In this document: one piece after another, positions 8,767 through 19,696 of the stretch
Numbering within the stretch: position 1 is the stretch's first letter
How the letters are laid out: every line of letters begins with the position of its first letter
From: Calditrichia bacterium
GTDB lineage: Bacteria > Calditrichota > Calditrichia > RBG-13-44-9 > J075
Reading direction: 5' to 3'
Assembly (NCBI GenBank): GCA_028284905.1
Contig: JANQQU010000026.1
Span: forward strand, 57,252 to 121,251
DNA: 64,000 nt
Program-made: the position numbers and the translations under genes
The notes under the pieces: model-generated
Seen by the model: only the letters and a program-made list of their open reading frames with translations
The model's database searches: none
What the model was told of the DNA's origin: nothing

Positions 8767-11544
8767 ATGAAGCGCTTACTCCTACTATTTTTATGCCTGC
8801 CGCTTTTTCTCTTCTCCCAGGCGCCACTCGACAGCCTGGAAAATTCGCTACAAACAACCACCGATGATAGCGAAAAACTTTCTCTGCTAAACAAGATCAG
8901 CAATATGATTTGGAGGATGGATCCTCCCAAGGCAATCGAATACTCTTTAGAAGCTTTGCAGTTGGCGGAAGCAGCGGATAATTTACATGCTGAAACAGTT
9001 GCGTGCCGAAACCTGGCATCTGCTTATGGTTTTTCCGGTGAACATAAATCTTCTCTGGAATTTGGCCTTCGAGCGTTAGAAGGCAGCGAAACCCTGCGAG
9101 ATACAACGCTGATTCGCCGCTCTCTCTATGCTATTGGCTATACTTACCTGGCATTGGAAGAAAATGAAAAGGCGCTGCGGACCATTACCCGGATTTGGCA
9201 TTTGGTAAAAGACGGCAACAGCGATAAGCTGAAAGCAAATGCGCTACATCATCTTGGATTAGTACACAATGCGCTGGAAGATTATGAAAAAGTTCTGGAG
9301 TTCTCGCAGCAATCCCTGGATATCAGCGAAAAGATTGGCAATACGCCCCAGGTAACTTATTCCCTCGGACTGCTCGGACTCGCGAACCGTAACCTTAGTA
9401 AACCCCGGGCGGCGCTGGAATATTTTCAACGTTCTCTGGCAATTTCCGAAGCCAGTAATGATCGTTTGGGACTCATCTACGGCTATTGCGATATCGGTAT
9501 TACTTATCGGCAATTGGGACAGTTGCAGAGTTCGCTGAATTATCTCAATAAGAGTCTGGTGCTGGCGCAGGAAATGCATTTCAGTGATGAACTCATCACA
9601 ATCCACGAAGAGCTCGCGATGACCAATGAGGCGCTGGGTCGCTACCGGGCTGCGTTAAATAATTTCAAATCCTTCAAACAATACAGCGACTCGCTATACA
9701 GTGAGAAAAATGCCCGTCAGATTTCCGAGCTGGTAGCAAAATATGAAATCGCTCAAAAGGAACGGGAACAGGAAATTACGCTTCTCCGAAAAGACAATGA
9801 AATACAGGAATTAGATCTTAACCGGCAAATGTGGCTTCGTAATTTTTTGCTGGCGATATTAATACTTACCACTGTCATTGGCGGTATGGGATACAAGTTT
9901 TATCAGGTTAATAAGCGTGCAGTAAATACCCAAAAATCAAAAACATTACAGTTCCAGGCAGTTAATGAGGAACTGAACCGGGAAATCGAGGAGCATAAAC
10001 AAACAACTGAGGCACTTGCCCGCGAAAAAGAAAGCCTTGGAGTAACACTGGCTTCAATTGCAGATGGTGTCATCACCACTGATATAAAAGGCCGCATCGT
10101 TTTGCTTAACCGGGTCGCAGAAAAATTGACCGGTTGGGCGCAGGAGGATGCCATTGGCAAACACATGCCGGATTTGTTAACTGTTGCCAGCACTGATGTT
10201 GAACATTGTTTTGCGACAATGATGGAACGATCAATCGCACATGATGAAATTGTTGATCATCAGGAGCCCTGCACGCTCATTTCCCGGGATGGCACCGAAC
10301 GAATTATTGCTGCCAGTACTGCACCCATTCATAACAATGACAATTCCATTACCGGCGTTGTTTTGGTTATCCGGGACATCACCGAAAAGCAGATGATGGA
10401 AGATGAGCTTCGGCGCGCTCATAAACTGGAATCAATCGGTACCCTCGCCGGAGGCATTGCTCACGATTTCAATAATATCCTCACTACAATCCTGGCAAAT
10501 ATTTCCTACGTAAAGTTTACTGCGCAAATTGATGCGGAAAAATACAATCGACTGGTAGAAGCGGAGAAGGCCTCTTTCTCTGCCCGGGAACTGACGCAGA
10601 AACTCCTAACCTTCGCTAAAGGGGGCATGCCGGTTAAAGCGATTTCATCAACCAGGGATCTTATTCAGGACGCTGTCGATCTGTGTTTAAGCGGCTCCAA
10701 TGTTAAATGCGAAACCGTATTTCCAAAGGGATTGTGGAACGTAAACGTCGACCGCGGACAAATGGCACAAGCCTTAAGCCATATTATTATGAACGCCGAT
10801 CAGGCAATGCCGGAAGGTGGGATTCTAAGAATCCGCACGGAAAATTTTGCACTGCCTGCCGCCAATGATGAAGAGTTGAGCAAAGCCCGTTTTGTAAAGA
10901 TATCCGTTAGCGATGAAGGTATCGGTATTCAGAAAGCCCATCAGAAAAAAATCTTCGATCCGTATTTCAGTACTAAACAAAAAGGGCGGGGGCTTGGCTT
11001 AACCACGGCATATTCGATCATTAATCAACACAATGGATTTATTAATATCGAATCGGAAGTTGGTGTGGGATCTACATTTCATGTGTTCCTGCCGGCATCG
11101 GTAGAAGCAGCTGAAGGCGTTGCTGAAAAGCCAATTATCACTAAAAATGGCGTCCATAAAAATGGTGGAAAAATCCTTATTATGGATGACGATAAAACGA
11201 TTCGGGAAATTGTCTCCGTTATGCTGGAACGGCTCGGCTATCAACCGCATGCGGCGGAGGATGGCGTTGCAGCAATTGTCGCATTTGAAGAAGCCCAAAA
11301 ATCCGGTGACCCCTTCGATGTTGTCATTCTGGATTTGACGGTGCCCGGAGGCATGGGTGGGCAAAAAGCGATGACTGAATTGATGGGCATCGATCCGGAA
11401 GTACGGGCGATTGTTGCCAGCGGTTATTCCAATGATCCGGTGATGGCAAATTATCAAAATTATGGTTTTCGGAATTACATATACAAACCATTTGATATGG
11501 AAGAGCTGATACGAATCCTGCGGGAAACCATCGGGGAATCCTGA
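8767..11544 (+). CDS. hybrid sensor histidine kinase/response regulator with periplasmic TPR array and PAS domain
   Basis: AAGGG RBS before ATG 8767. Signal peptide, TPR repeats, TM helix, PAS domain, HisKA H-box (IAHDFNNIL), HATPase, and a C-terminal receiver domain (ILIMDDD…DLTVPGGMGG). Confidence 0.85.
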   Translation: MKRLLLLFLCLPLFLFSQAPLDSLENSLQTTTDDSEKLSLLNKISNMIWRMDPPKAIEYSLEALQLAEAADNLHAETVACRNLASAYGFSGEHKSSLEFGLRALEGSETLRDTTLIRRSLYAIGYTYLALEENEKALRTITRIWHLVKDGNSDKLKANALHHLGLVHNALEDYEKVLEFSQQSLDISEKIGNTPQVTYSLGLLGLANRNLSKPRAALEYFQRSLAISEASNDRLGLIYGYCDIGITYRQLGQLQSSLNYLNKSLVLAQEMHFSDELITIHEELAMTNEALGRYRAALNNFKSFKQYSDSLYSEKNARQISELVAKYEIAQKEREQEITLLRKDNEIQELDLNRQMWLRNFLLAILILTTVIGGMGYKFYQVNKRAVNTQKSKTLQFQAVNEELNREIEEHKQTTEALAREKESLGVTLASIADGVITTDIKGRIVLLNRVAEKLTGWAQEDAIGKHMPDLLTVASTDVEHCFATMMERSIAHDEIVDHQEPCTLISRDGTERIIAASTAPIHNNDNSITGVVLVIRDITEKQMMEDELRRAHKLESIGTLAGGIAHDFNNILTTILANISYVKFTAQIDAEKYNRLVEAEKASFSARELTQKLLTFAKGGMPVKAISSTRDLIQDAVDLCLSGSNVKCETVFPKGLWNVNVDRGQMAQALSHIIMNADQAMPEGGILRIRTENFALPAANDEELSKARFVKISVSDEGIGIQKAHQKKIFDPYFSTKQKGRGLGLTTAYSIINQHNGFINIESEVGVGSTFHVFLPASVEAAEGVAEKPIITKNGVHKNGGKILIMDDDKTIREIVSVMLERLGYQPHAAEDGVAAIVAFEEAQKSGDPFDVVILDLTVPGGMGGQKAMTELMGIDPEVRAIVASGYSNDPVMANYQNYGFRNYIYKPFDMEELIRILRETIGES

Positions 11545-11922
11545 TTTACATACGCTCAGGATTACAAATATCAATTGCATTGAGAAAGCGGCCTTCCTAA
11601 ATTTTGGCGCCCAGTCGTAAATTACACCGGTCACCGTATTAAAATGCGCTGGTAACAAAGGTGTAGCTTGCAAGAATTTAATTCGATGCAAGGGGAGTGA
11701 AAAACTCTCGTCAAAAACGACAAGGAGACCTAAGGAACAGGGCAACTCCTATAACGGGTAAGTGTATAGATTAAGGGATCTAATGAATTTGTTCAAAGAT
11801 AATATTTCTTTCAGTCAATCGGACTGCATCGCAATATTCCTTCTCGCGTCTTTTCATTTTACTTATCCGTTTCACACATCTGGCTTACTACATACTAATT
11901 CTCAAATTAAAAAGGTGTCATT

Positions 11923-12879
11923 ATGCAACGAGTACTAGTAACCGGGGGAGCGGGGTTTATTGGATCATTTTTATGTGAAAATTTGCTGGCCCAGGGACAC
12001 GATGTTATTTGCCTGGATAATTTCTTTACCGGCAGCAAACGAAATATATTTCATCTAATGGGCAGTAACCGTTTTGAGTTAATCCGACATGATATTATTC
12101 ATCCGATTTTCCTGGAGGTCGACCGCATTTATCATTTTGCTTGTCCGGCCTCTCCGGTGCATTATCAGTTTAATCCGGTGAAAACGGTTAAAACCAACGT
12201 TATGGGAACGATCAACATGCTCGGAATGGCCAAACGGGTAAAGTGCCGTTTATTACAAGCCTCCACTTCCGAAGTATATGGCGACCCGCAAGTGCACCCG
12301 CAGACCGAATCTTATTGGGGACATGTTAATCCCATCGGCATCCGGAGTTGTTATGATGAAGGGAAGCGGATTGCTGAAACGCTGACAATGGATTATCATC
12401 GCCAAAACAATGTTGATGTGCGGATTATCAGGATTTTCAATACATACGGACCACGCATGGCGCTTAATGATGGCCGGGTGGTTAGTAATTTCATCGTTCA
12501 GGCGCTGCAAAATCAAGACATTACCGTCTATGGGGAAGGTGAGCAGACCCGCTCGTTCTGTTATGTCAGCGATTTGGTCAAAGGCATTATGACCATGATG
12601 GAAACTGAAAACTTTATTGGGCCGGTGAATCTTGGAAATCCCGATGAATTTACAATTATGGAGCTTGCCAAAAACGTCATTGAACTGACCGGCTCCCGTT
12701 CAAAAATTCGTCATCTCCCGCTGCCCCAGGATGATCCTACTCAACGCCGTCCGGATATTTCCCTGGCGAAGGAAAAACTCAATTGGGAGCCGACGATTAA
12801 ATTGCGGGATGGATTGACCGATACAATTTCATATTTTGACAAGATGCTTACCAGTGTCAAAAAAGCGGAAAATGTATGA
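11923..12879 (+). CDS. uxs: UDP-glucuronate decarboxylase (UDP-xylose synthase), NAD-dependent epimerase/dehydratase family
   Basis: GGAGFIGS Rossmann motif. [15 protein letters not shown] and YxxxK motifs highly characteristic of UXS. Confidence 0.85.
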   Translation: MQRVLVTGGAGFIGSFLCENLLAQGHDVICLDNFFTGSKRNIFHLMGSNRFELIRHDIIHPIFLEVDRIYHFACPASPVHYQFNPVKTVKTNVMGTINMLGMAKRVKCRLLQASTSEVYGDPQVHPQTESYWGHVNPIGIRSCYDEGKRIAETLTMDYHRQNNVDVRIIRIFNTYGPRMALNDGRVVSNFIVQALQNQDITVYGEGEQTRSFCYVSDLVKGIMTMMETENFIGPVNLGNPDEFTIMELAKNVIELTGSRSKIRHLPLPQDDPTQRRPDISLAKEKLNWEPTIKLRDGLTDTISYFDKMLTSVKKAENV

Positions 12880-13292
12880 TTGATGGCTTGAGGGAAATTC
12901 CCCTGGAATACCGTTATTTTGCCGGCGGCCGCGATTTGATCGTTGGCCATTCAGAACAGAATTCCGGAGAATCCCGGTTGATTGTAACCACACCGCAGCA
13001 GGTGCAGGCCTGGTATGACGTTTCGGGGGATCATGTTGGGCTGAGCTGCCTGCAAGGCACAATGCGCCTGGTCATTTTTGATGCACGTCGCGAATTTCCC
13101 TCGTTTGGTGCAATGCAGGAATATTTTCTCGGAGAACACCGCCCGATGCGCATTGACATCCCTGCCGGTGTTTATTTTGGTTGGCAGAATACTTCCCGGG
13201 CGGACCTGATGTTATGGCTGACCGGTGGCGAGTGGTATCCGGAAAACCAGGTGTTACCGGCGGATACCGACCGCGTCCCCTGCCAATGGTAA
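12876..13292 (+). CDS. RmlC-like cupin sugar epimerase (dTDP-4-dehydrorhamnose 3,5-epimerase family, short form)
   Basis: ATGA overlap with the uxs stop suggests translational coupling. …[11 protein letters not shown]…IPAGVYFGW… resembles the RmlC core (FDVAVDxR…PTFG…IPxGxAHGF). Confidence 0.5.
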   Translation: MIDGLREIPLEYRYFAGGRDLIVGHSEQNSGESRLIVTTPQQVQAWYDVSGDHVGLSCLQGTMRLVIFDARREFPSFGAMQEYFLGEHRPMRIDIPAGVYFGWQNTSRADLMLWLTGGEWYPENQVLPADTDRVPCQW

Positions 13293-13319
13293 AAAGATCT
13301 TTGTAAAGGAAATTCGTTA

Positions 13320-14942
13320 ATGAAAAAGTTTTTTCTCTGGCTGTTTACTATCTTCACTTTTTTATCCGTAACTACTCAGGCCCAGGAGACGCTCCCGCCT
13401 TATCACTGGGCAAATAATTATATCGATTACTTAAAAGTGCGTGGACATTTACCAGAATTATCGGTGCTGAATCGCCCTTATCATCGGACAACTTTAGCGA
13501 AGCAGCTATTAGCGATGGAGATGAATGAGCTCTCCGGTAACGAACGGAAAATGGTTTCTGTGCTATATAACGAATTCTCACCCGAATTGAATTTATTGGG
13601 TAGCATTCCCGGCGAAAAATGGCGTTCCCTGCTGGACAAAGCACTGAATTTTCTGAAGCTGACTTTTGCGCCGGAATGGGAACATCCAGCTTTAAAAGCG
13701 GGCTTTTTCGGCGAAGCAAGTTATCTCGAATCCGATAATGCGTCTCTTTCCAACCCGGATTTTCGTTTTCACTCGCAGTTTGCGGCATACTGGCGGGATC
13801 GCCTGACCCTTTACAGTAATATTGTCTTCTTGAACAATGCCCCGGAAAATTATATCGGGAAGGAATACAACGAACTTTACGGATATAATGAACAATCATT
13901 TCTCAGCTACCATCATGGCTGGTTTCAAGCTAAGCTGGGGAGGGATTTCCTACAGACAGGACCGGGGCGCAGTGGGCAACTGCTGTTCTCGGATAACAGT
14001 CGCCCATTCGACATGTATCATGTAATGCTCAGTAGCCGATCCCTTCAATTTTCCTTTTTCGGTATTCAGCTGGATGAGTCCGATGTCGTTAATGGCGATA
14101 ACCGGCTTTATGACCCAATTTATCGCTACATTAATGGGCATCGCCTTAGCTTGAATATTAATGACAAATATTTCTTCGGTTTATCGGAAGTTATTCTCTA
14201 TTCCGGCATTGATCGTCCCTGGGAACTTGGATTGATGAATCCTTTGGCATTCTATTATGCATACAGTGTCAATCAGGAACGTGGAGCCTCCCCGGGGAAT
14301 TTGCTCTACAGTATTGATTGGGATTTATATTTTGCCCGAAATCTGGAGTTCTACGGTGAATTAATGATTGACGATATTCAAGTGGATTCGGAAGTGCCGT
14401 CCGACCTGGAACCGAATGAGTATGGCCTGATTGCCGGCCTTAATTGGGCGGATCCGCTGAACTTGAGCGGCGGTATGCTCAATCTGGAATATACCCAGGT
14501 GCGAAACCGGACCTATAACGTCCAAACAATTGCTGCCGATCGTTTTTTACATCGCAACGAAGAAATCGGTCATTATCTCGGAAATAATTTTGAAAGATAT
14601 GGCCTCGGTTATACCCACTGGATTATGCCGGAATTATCCGTAAAGCTCTCCGGAAGTATTGTTCGGCAGGGAGAAGGCAGTGTCGATGGAGAGTTCAACA
14701 CCGACTTCCTGAATGCTACTATAGAAGAAGGATATAGCGAACCATTTCCGTTTGGCGTTGTCGAAAAACATACCAGCTATGGTCTATCGTTATTTTACAA
14801 GCCGCATAATCTCGGGCATGTATTCCTGGAATTAAATCAGGATAAACTGAATAACTTTCAGCATGTCGATGGTGCGGAATTTTCGGACTTCACGCTGCGT
14901 GCAGGATTTTGGCTGCAGTGGCATCACCTCTGGCAATGGTAA
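13320..14942 (+). CDS. secreted/outer-membrane protein of unknown function (possible polysaccharide-associated barrel)
   Basis: Signal peptide; Y/G/N-rich with a C-terminal aromatic residue; downstream of sugar-nucleotide genes. Confidence 0.5.
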   Translation: MKKFFLWLFTIFTFLSVTTQAQETLPPYHWANNYIDYLKVRGHLPELSVLNRPYHRTTLAKQLLAMEMNELSGNERKMVSVLYNEFSPELNLLGSIPGEKWRSLLDKALNFLKLTFAPEWEHPALKAGFFGEASYLESDNASLSNPDFRFHSQFAAYWRDRLTLYSNIVFLNNAPENYIGKEYNELYGYNEQSFLSYHHGWFQAKLGRDFLQTGPGRSGQLLFSDNSRPFDMYHVMLSSRSLQFSFFGIQLDESDVVNGDNRLYDPIYRYINGHRLSLNINDKYFFGLSEVILYSGIDRPWELGLMNPLAFYYAYSVNQERGASPGNLLYSIDWDLYFARNLEFYGELMIDDIQVDSEVPSDLEPNEYGLIAGLNWADPLNLSGGMLNLEYTQVRNRTYNVQTIAADRFLHRNEEIGHYLGNNFERYGLGYTHWIMPELSVKLSGSIVRQGEGSVDGEFNTDFLNATIEEGYSEPFPFGVVEKHTSYGLSLFYKPHNLGHVFLELNQDKLNNFQHVDGAEFSDFTLRAGFWLQWHHLWQW

Positions 14943-15002
14943 AAAAATCAAAATGCCGGAAGCAGACTGTTGAATGTTTCCGGCACCCAGCATCACTACT
15001 AC

Positions 15003-15914
15003 CTACACACCATCCTGCGCCTGCCGGGCGGCAATATTGGCATTATTAAGATTACAGGCAAAATCCCGCATGGAATGCTCCTTGATGGAGTTGCCCTTCC
15101 CAAAATTGAAGCGTACTTCCACAATTTTCGGATTACTAACAGAGGTTTTGTAAAACCGTTGTAAGGCAAAACGCATGAACGCCAGAATTTCCCCATGTTC
15201 AAATAAACGGTAGATCCTGATGCTTTGCCGATTGACCCGGCGCTGCTTGCTGTTAACGCTATGATAACCAGTGACCGGAGAGCTGTCGAAGGCATAGACT
15301 TTCTTGATATAAGAGCAAGCATAGGCAGCCTGTTGCGCCAGGCCACCGCCCAGTGAATGCCCTGCTGCTATTATTTCCACATCTTTTCCGTAGCGCTGCC
15401 GGATGTGCTGCACATATACCGGCACCAATCTTCGTACCTGGTCATAATGATCGAGAATAAATGGAATGAAGCGTGTCAGCCAGCGGGCGTTGGCATACCA
15501 GTCCCAGAATACCGCCGTACCACGAAAAACCAGTAACACCTTCTTTTCAGCGGGGTTCTCCCACACCTGGTATTTTAAACCGGATATTTTTACCCGGAAC
15601 GGCGGATCCTTCAAGAGTTCCGGTGGGTCGGCGTAAGGTTGCCAGCCAAATGGCAGCGGCATCCGAGTGCCCGCTTTGCCACACTCTTCTGCGCTGAAAC
15701 TGGCATTTACCGGCGCGTCGGCAGCTTCGTAAACATTTGCGCTAAAAGTTGCATAATCCGGCATTTCCCGAAAATCTTCGTATTCACTGCTGACAAATAA
15801 TTCAGATACATTTTTGTTCTTTATAATTCTGCCTGTTCTTACCCGAGCGATATCTTTCGGTTGCTTGGAAAAAAAAGGAGACCAGGACTTATTCGCTTCT
15901 GCGGCCTTTGCCAT
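15003..15914 (-). CDS. alpha/beta-hydrolase, lipase class-3-like
   Basis: GHSLGG nucleophile elbow embedded in a lipase_3-like context. Confidence 0.65.
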   Translation of the reverse strand: MAKAAEANKSWSPFFSKQPKDIARVRTGRIIKNKNVSELFVSSEYEDFREMPDYATFSANVYEAADAPVNASFSAEECGKAGTRMPLPFGWQPYADPPELLKDPPFRVKISGLKYQVWENPAEKKVLLVFRGTAVFWDWYANARWLTRFIPFILDHYDQVRRLVPVYVQHIRQRYGKDVEIIAAGHSLGGGLAQQAAYACSYIKKVYAFDSSPVTGYHSVNSKQRRVNRQSIRIYRLFEHGEILAFMRFALQRFYKTSVSNPKIVEVRFNFGKGNSIKEHSMRDFACNLNNANIAARQAQDGV

Positions 15915-15936
15915 ATTAATGCCCTCTGAATGAATT

Positions 15937-17775
15937 CTACTTATCCATTTTGTCGATCTTTTCGTTTACTTCTTTCAGGGTTTTTTCCAGAAGTTTCTTT
16001 GCTTTGTTTTGCAGGTCGCTACAGGTTGCTTTCATCTCTTTTTTGTAGTCAGCGTCTGTAATTTGTGGCAGGTTGATTAATACATTCAGGACGGCACCAA
16101 CGACACCACCATAAGCCGTTTGCGCACCAACGCCGGCATCGGTAACCGAATTAACGTTTCCTTTCTCCGCCGCCTCTGCACAAACTTCCATTGCCTGAAA
16201 GCTGAGTTGCGCAGTAGTTAACGGCACATTAACGGCAGTTTTTAAACCGGCCTGAATAGCCGCGCTGCGCTTTTCTTTTTCCGCCGCAGTGCTTTTCGGC
16301 AGGCGGGTAGCAGTCATGTAATCATTGAATGCGTCAGTATCGGCGTCAACTGCTACTAACAGTTGATCCTTAATTACTTGTGCTTTTTCCGCCAGGGCAA
16401 GGAGGTCATCCTGCACAGCCTCGTATCCTTTCTTGCCGATGGTCAAATTACTGACCATAGAGGCGAGTGCCGCTCCTAAAGATCCGGATAGCGCTGCAAT
16501 AGAGCCACCTCCTGGCGCCGGGGTATCCCGACTCACTTCATGAACTAACTCGCTGGTTTTCATGGCGACTAGTGCGGATGCTGCTTCTGCGGGCAAGCCG
16601 AGAATTTTTTCTGCCGGATCGAAAGGCGCAACATCATTGAGACCAAGGGAAAAGATTGCACATTCGATTACATCCGCTACCGGTACGCCCGCCGATTTAC
16701 CTTGCTTGCGCAGATAGTATTTCCCCGCTTCGTAAATCCACTGGAACGGCACCAGTCCAACAATCTCACAACCGGTAACGATAACACCACGGCGAGCGGC
16801 GGCCTCCCGGGCGGCATCGACAACTACATGGGGCGGGGTGATTTTGTAGTTGGTAAAATTGATGGTGATTTGCGCGCGCTTATACTCTTCAACATACCAA
16901 CCGATGGCACGGACATGGGTGAACTTGCCCGGTTGTTTTACCGACCAGCCAATTGGATTCTCTGCATTAGAACCATGTGCTTTAAGAAGTGCTTTAATAT
17001 CATAACCATGCTCGGATTGTATGTATTCGCAGGTTTCTTCCCAGGTCTTGCCGACGAAATCGCAGCTCCCGGAAGGATAATGGCCTTCACGATATTTGAC
17101 CAGATCTCCGCGCATATAAACCGGCTCAATATTGCCAGTGCGCACACTGCGGCCCTTTTCCCGTAGTTCAAATGCGATATCCATCGCCAACTGCGTTTCT
17201 CGCGTATTTAAGGTAATATTGTAGGCAATGAGAAACTCCCGGGCGCCGATGGCAGTGGCACCGCTGGAGGCATTAAATACCGGGCCAAAATCCGGACGCC
17301 AATAGTCTTCGGAAGAACGCGCTTCCAGACCTTCGTATTCTCCAGTACGAATGTTGGCGAGGCTTTGCCATTCCGGTTTGCTGGCAGACGCTTCGTAGAG
17401 ATAAACGGGAACTCCCAGTTCTTCGCCCACTCGTTTACCCACTTCACGGGAAATCTCCACACAATCGTCCATGGTGACACCGTTGACCGGCACAAAGGGG
17501 CAAACATCCGTTGCACCCATACGCGGATGAGCACCTTTATGATTGCGCATGTCGATGAGCGCAGCTGCTTTTTTTATGGCCCGAAAAGCGGCCTCGGCAA
17601 CTGCCTCGGGGCTCCCAATAAAGGTGACGACAGTCCGATTAACATCCGCGCCCATTTCACATGATAATAGTTCCGTGCCATTAACAGCGGTAATCTCTGC
17701 GGTAATTTGGTCGATGACAGATTTATCCCTGCCCTCGGAAAAGTTCGGTACACATTCTACGATCCGATCCAGCAT
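15937..17775 (-). CDS. ftcD: glutamate formimidoyltransferase-cyclodeaminase (bifunctional)
   Basis: N-terminal ECVPNFSEGR formiminotransferase signature followed by a C-terminal cyclodeaminase domain. Confidence 0.85.
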   Translation of the reverse strand: MLDRIVECVPNFSEGRDKSVIDQITAEITAVNGTELLSCEMGADVNRTVVTFIGSPEAVAEAAFRAIKKAAALIDMRNHKGAHPRMGATDVCPFVPVNGVTMDDCVEISREVGKRVGEELGVPVYLYEASASKPEWQSLANIRTGEYEGLEARSSEDYWRPDFGPVFNASSGATAIGAREFLIAYNITLNTRETQLAMDIAFELREKGRSVRTGNIEPVYMRGDLVKYREGHYPSGSCDFVGKTWEETCEYIQSEHGYDIKALLKAHGSNAENPIGWSVKQPGKFTHVRAIGWYVEEYKRAQITINFTNYKITPPHVVVDAAREAAARRGVIVTGCEIVGLVPFQWIYEAGKYYLRKQGKSAGVPVADVIECAIFSLGLNDVAPFDPAEKILGLPAEAASALVAMKTSELVHEVSRDTPAPGGGSIAALSGSLGAALASMVSNLTIGKKGYEAVQDDLLALAEKAQVIKDQLLVAVDADTDAFNDYMTATRLPKSTAAEKEKRSAAIQAGLKTAVNVPLTTAQLSFQAMEVCAEAAEKGNVNSVTDAGVGAQTAYGGVVGAVLNVLINLPQITDADYKKEMKATCSDLQNKAKKLLEKTLKEVNEKIDKMDK

Positions 17776-17961
17776 AATTCGCGTCTCCTGTTTTGTCGTT
17801 GAGTAATTGGGAATAATGTAGCGAAGGAAAATTCATTATAAAATAGAAATCCGATTTTCGGAATTTCACGACCATAATTAGAAAAGAAGAAGCTGATAAA
17901 ATAATATTGGAAGCTAGTGATAAATAGGAAAATGGTCTTGGTTCGAGAGTTGGAGATAGGT

Positions 17962-18105
17962 ATTTATTTGCCCGCGAAACACGCGAATTACGCTAAAAAA
18001 AGTAAAGAAAACCAAACTGCTAATTTATTGAATAGGAAATGAGCAGCTTCATCAAATGATAATGCTTTTTTGTGTATTTTGCGTGTTTCGCGGGCAAATA
18101 AATTA
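17962..18105. repeat. 24 bp perfect inverted repeats flanking 94 bp (MITE-like or operator)
   Basis: tatttatttgcccgcgaaacacgc at 17962-17985 and gcgtgtttcgcgggcaaataaatta at 18081-18105. Upstream of ftcD. Confidence 0.5.
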
Positions 18106-18110
18106 ATACT

Positions 18111-18162
18111 AAAAAAGGTGAAGCATTTTGAGAAATTAAATTTCCCAACCACTTCACCTTTT
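18111..18162 (-). terminator. rho-independent terminator of the 18198-19448 gene
   Basis: On the minus strand: AAAAGGUGAAG, a 28 nt loop, CUUCACCUUUU, then UU. An 11 bp stem plus U-tract about 35 nt past the stop. Confidence 0.6.
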
Positions 18163-18197
18163 ATATGTAATCCAAAAGGGCTATGTGTAAAACGAAA

Positions 18198-19448
18198 TTA
18201 CTTAAATTCTACTTTTTCCACATTATCCCATGGGACGTAGCTGACATTCTCCCCGCCGGTCCAGACCAGAATGCCGGCATTGTCGTCATCGACATCGCGG
18301 GATTCTTCCAGTTCCAGGGTGTCGCCATTGCGAAGTTTCACCAGAGAGCCATAGCGGCGCTGCGGTGTAATGCTGGAGATGTTCCGAAAAGGAATATGAT
18401 ATTCTACCCGATCAAATTTCCCATCAAGCATTTCCAGATCGAAAGATTCGTCCAGATCATAGGCAATTTTTCCGGAAACTGTTTGCCCATCTTTTGTTTC
18501 GATGCGCGCTTCCAAAGCCCGGGCGGATTTGAAGTCGTTATAAGCTGGGCCGGAGCCGGACGGCTTGGAAAAACGAATCTCTTCGAATTCCCGCCATTCG
18601 ATCAAGGCTTTGCCGTATCCTTTCGGATCTTTTACGACGATGCCGCGATTGTCTTCATCCACATCATTACTATCATCGAGGTAAATTTCCCGCCCGGAAT
18701 TTAAGGTCACCAATGCGCCGCGCCGCTCCCGTTTGATGGAAGCGATTTTGCCAAATTCAATTTTCATTTTGCCATCATCGCTTTCGCCATCGAGAATATC
18801 TGTGCTCAGGCACTCGTCATGATCCCATTGGATAAATCCTTCAAATGTGCCGTTACGGGTAGTTACCTGGCCAAAGAGCGGTTCACCGAATTTATCTGAT
18901 AATTGATTGGGCGTTTCCATAAACTCAATGCGATCAATGCGGCGCCACTTCAAATCGATGGATCCGAGCTCTTTGTCAAACACCTTTACTTCTGTGCCAA
19001 CATCATTGGAGCCATCTTCCAATTCAATCTCTTCACCATTTTTAAATGTGAGAAGAACGCCGTCACTTCCGAGTAATTCCATGCTTTGAATATCGCCGAA
19101 ACGGCATTTGAATTGGTGGGTTGAAACGCCGGAATTATCACTCCAGCGAACGAACCAGCGACCACGCTTTCTGTTGCGACGATCGCGATTGTCATCGCCG
19201 ATCACTTCCAGGTCATCATCGTAGAAATAGTCTGCATATTCGTTTTCCATTTTGGTGGCATTGAACATATCATCCCAAAAAGATTCCTCATCTCCCCAGC
19301 GAATAACGCCCTGATATTCCGTATCGTTTTTCATAATTACTTTGCCATAGATGTAACCATCATCCTCTCCGGCAAAAAGACTGCTGCTAGTGATCGCTAA
19401 AAAAGTGAATGCTAATACCGCAGTAATGCTCCGTTGCATTGCGTTCAT
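18198..19448 (-). CDS. secreted acidic repeat protein, unknown function
   Basis: Signal peptide. At least four copies of an approximately 70-aa module (…NG..I.L..SNDV…N.GI.V……W..I..IEF). Strong intrinsic terminator downstream. Confidence 0.6.
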   Translation of the reverse strand: MNAMQRSITAVLAFTFLAITSSSLFAGEDDGYIYGKVIMKNDTEYQGVIRWGDEESFWDDMFNATKMENEYADYFYDDDLEVIGDDNRDRRNRKRGRWFVRWSDNSGVSTHQFKCRFGDIQSMELLGSDGVLLTFKNGEEIELEDGSNDVGTEVKVFDKELGSIDLKWRRIDRIEFMETPNQLSDKFGEPLFGQVTTRNGTFEGFIQWDHDECLSTDILDGESDDGKMKIEFGKIASIKRERRGALVTLNSGREIYLDDSNDVDEDNRGIVVKDPKGYGKALIEWREFEEIRFSKPSGSGPAYNDFKSARALEARIETKDGQTVSGKIAYDLDESFDLEMLDGKFDRVEYHIPFRNISSITPQRRYGSLVKLRNGDTLELEESRDVDDDNAGILVWTGGENVSYVPWDNVEKVEFK

Positions 19449-19696
19449 ACTTATCTCCTTAATTTGATTGTCGAAAATTGTCCCGCTTTAAGAACACGTA
19501 AAGATGGCTGTAAAGTTTCTCCGGGGTTGCCAAGACGAAGAATAAACGCGGATTTGTTTCTGAAGGCAGTATATCCATTTGTTTATGAATGCGGAGATGA
19601 GTAATCTCTGAAAACAAGACATGATGATGACTGCTTAAAGTTGCTGCAAACCATTAAACGGGTTTGAAGCTATAGCCAAGACTCAGGAGTACAATC

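Noticed and set aside
11545-11922. Possible riboswitch or ops/JUMPstart-like element in the 380 bp leader of the UDP-xylose synthase gene (ggtgtagcttgc…)
   Set aside because: No match to a consensus I can verify by eye (ops GGCGGTAGNNTG is not met) and no convincing conserved structure. Left unannotated.
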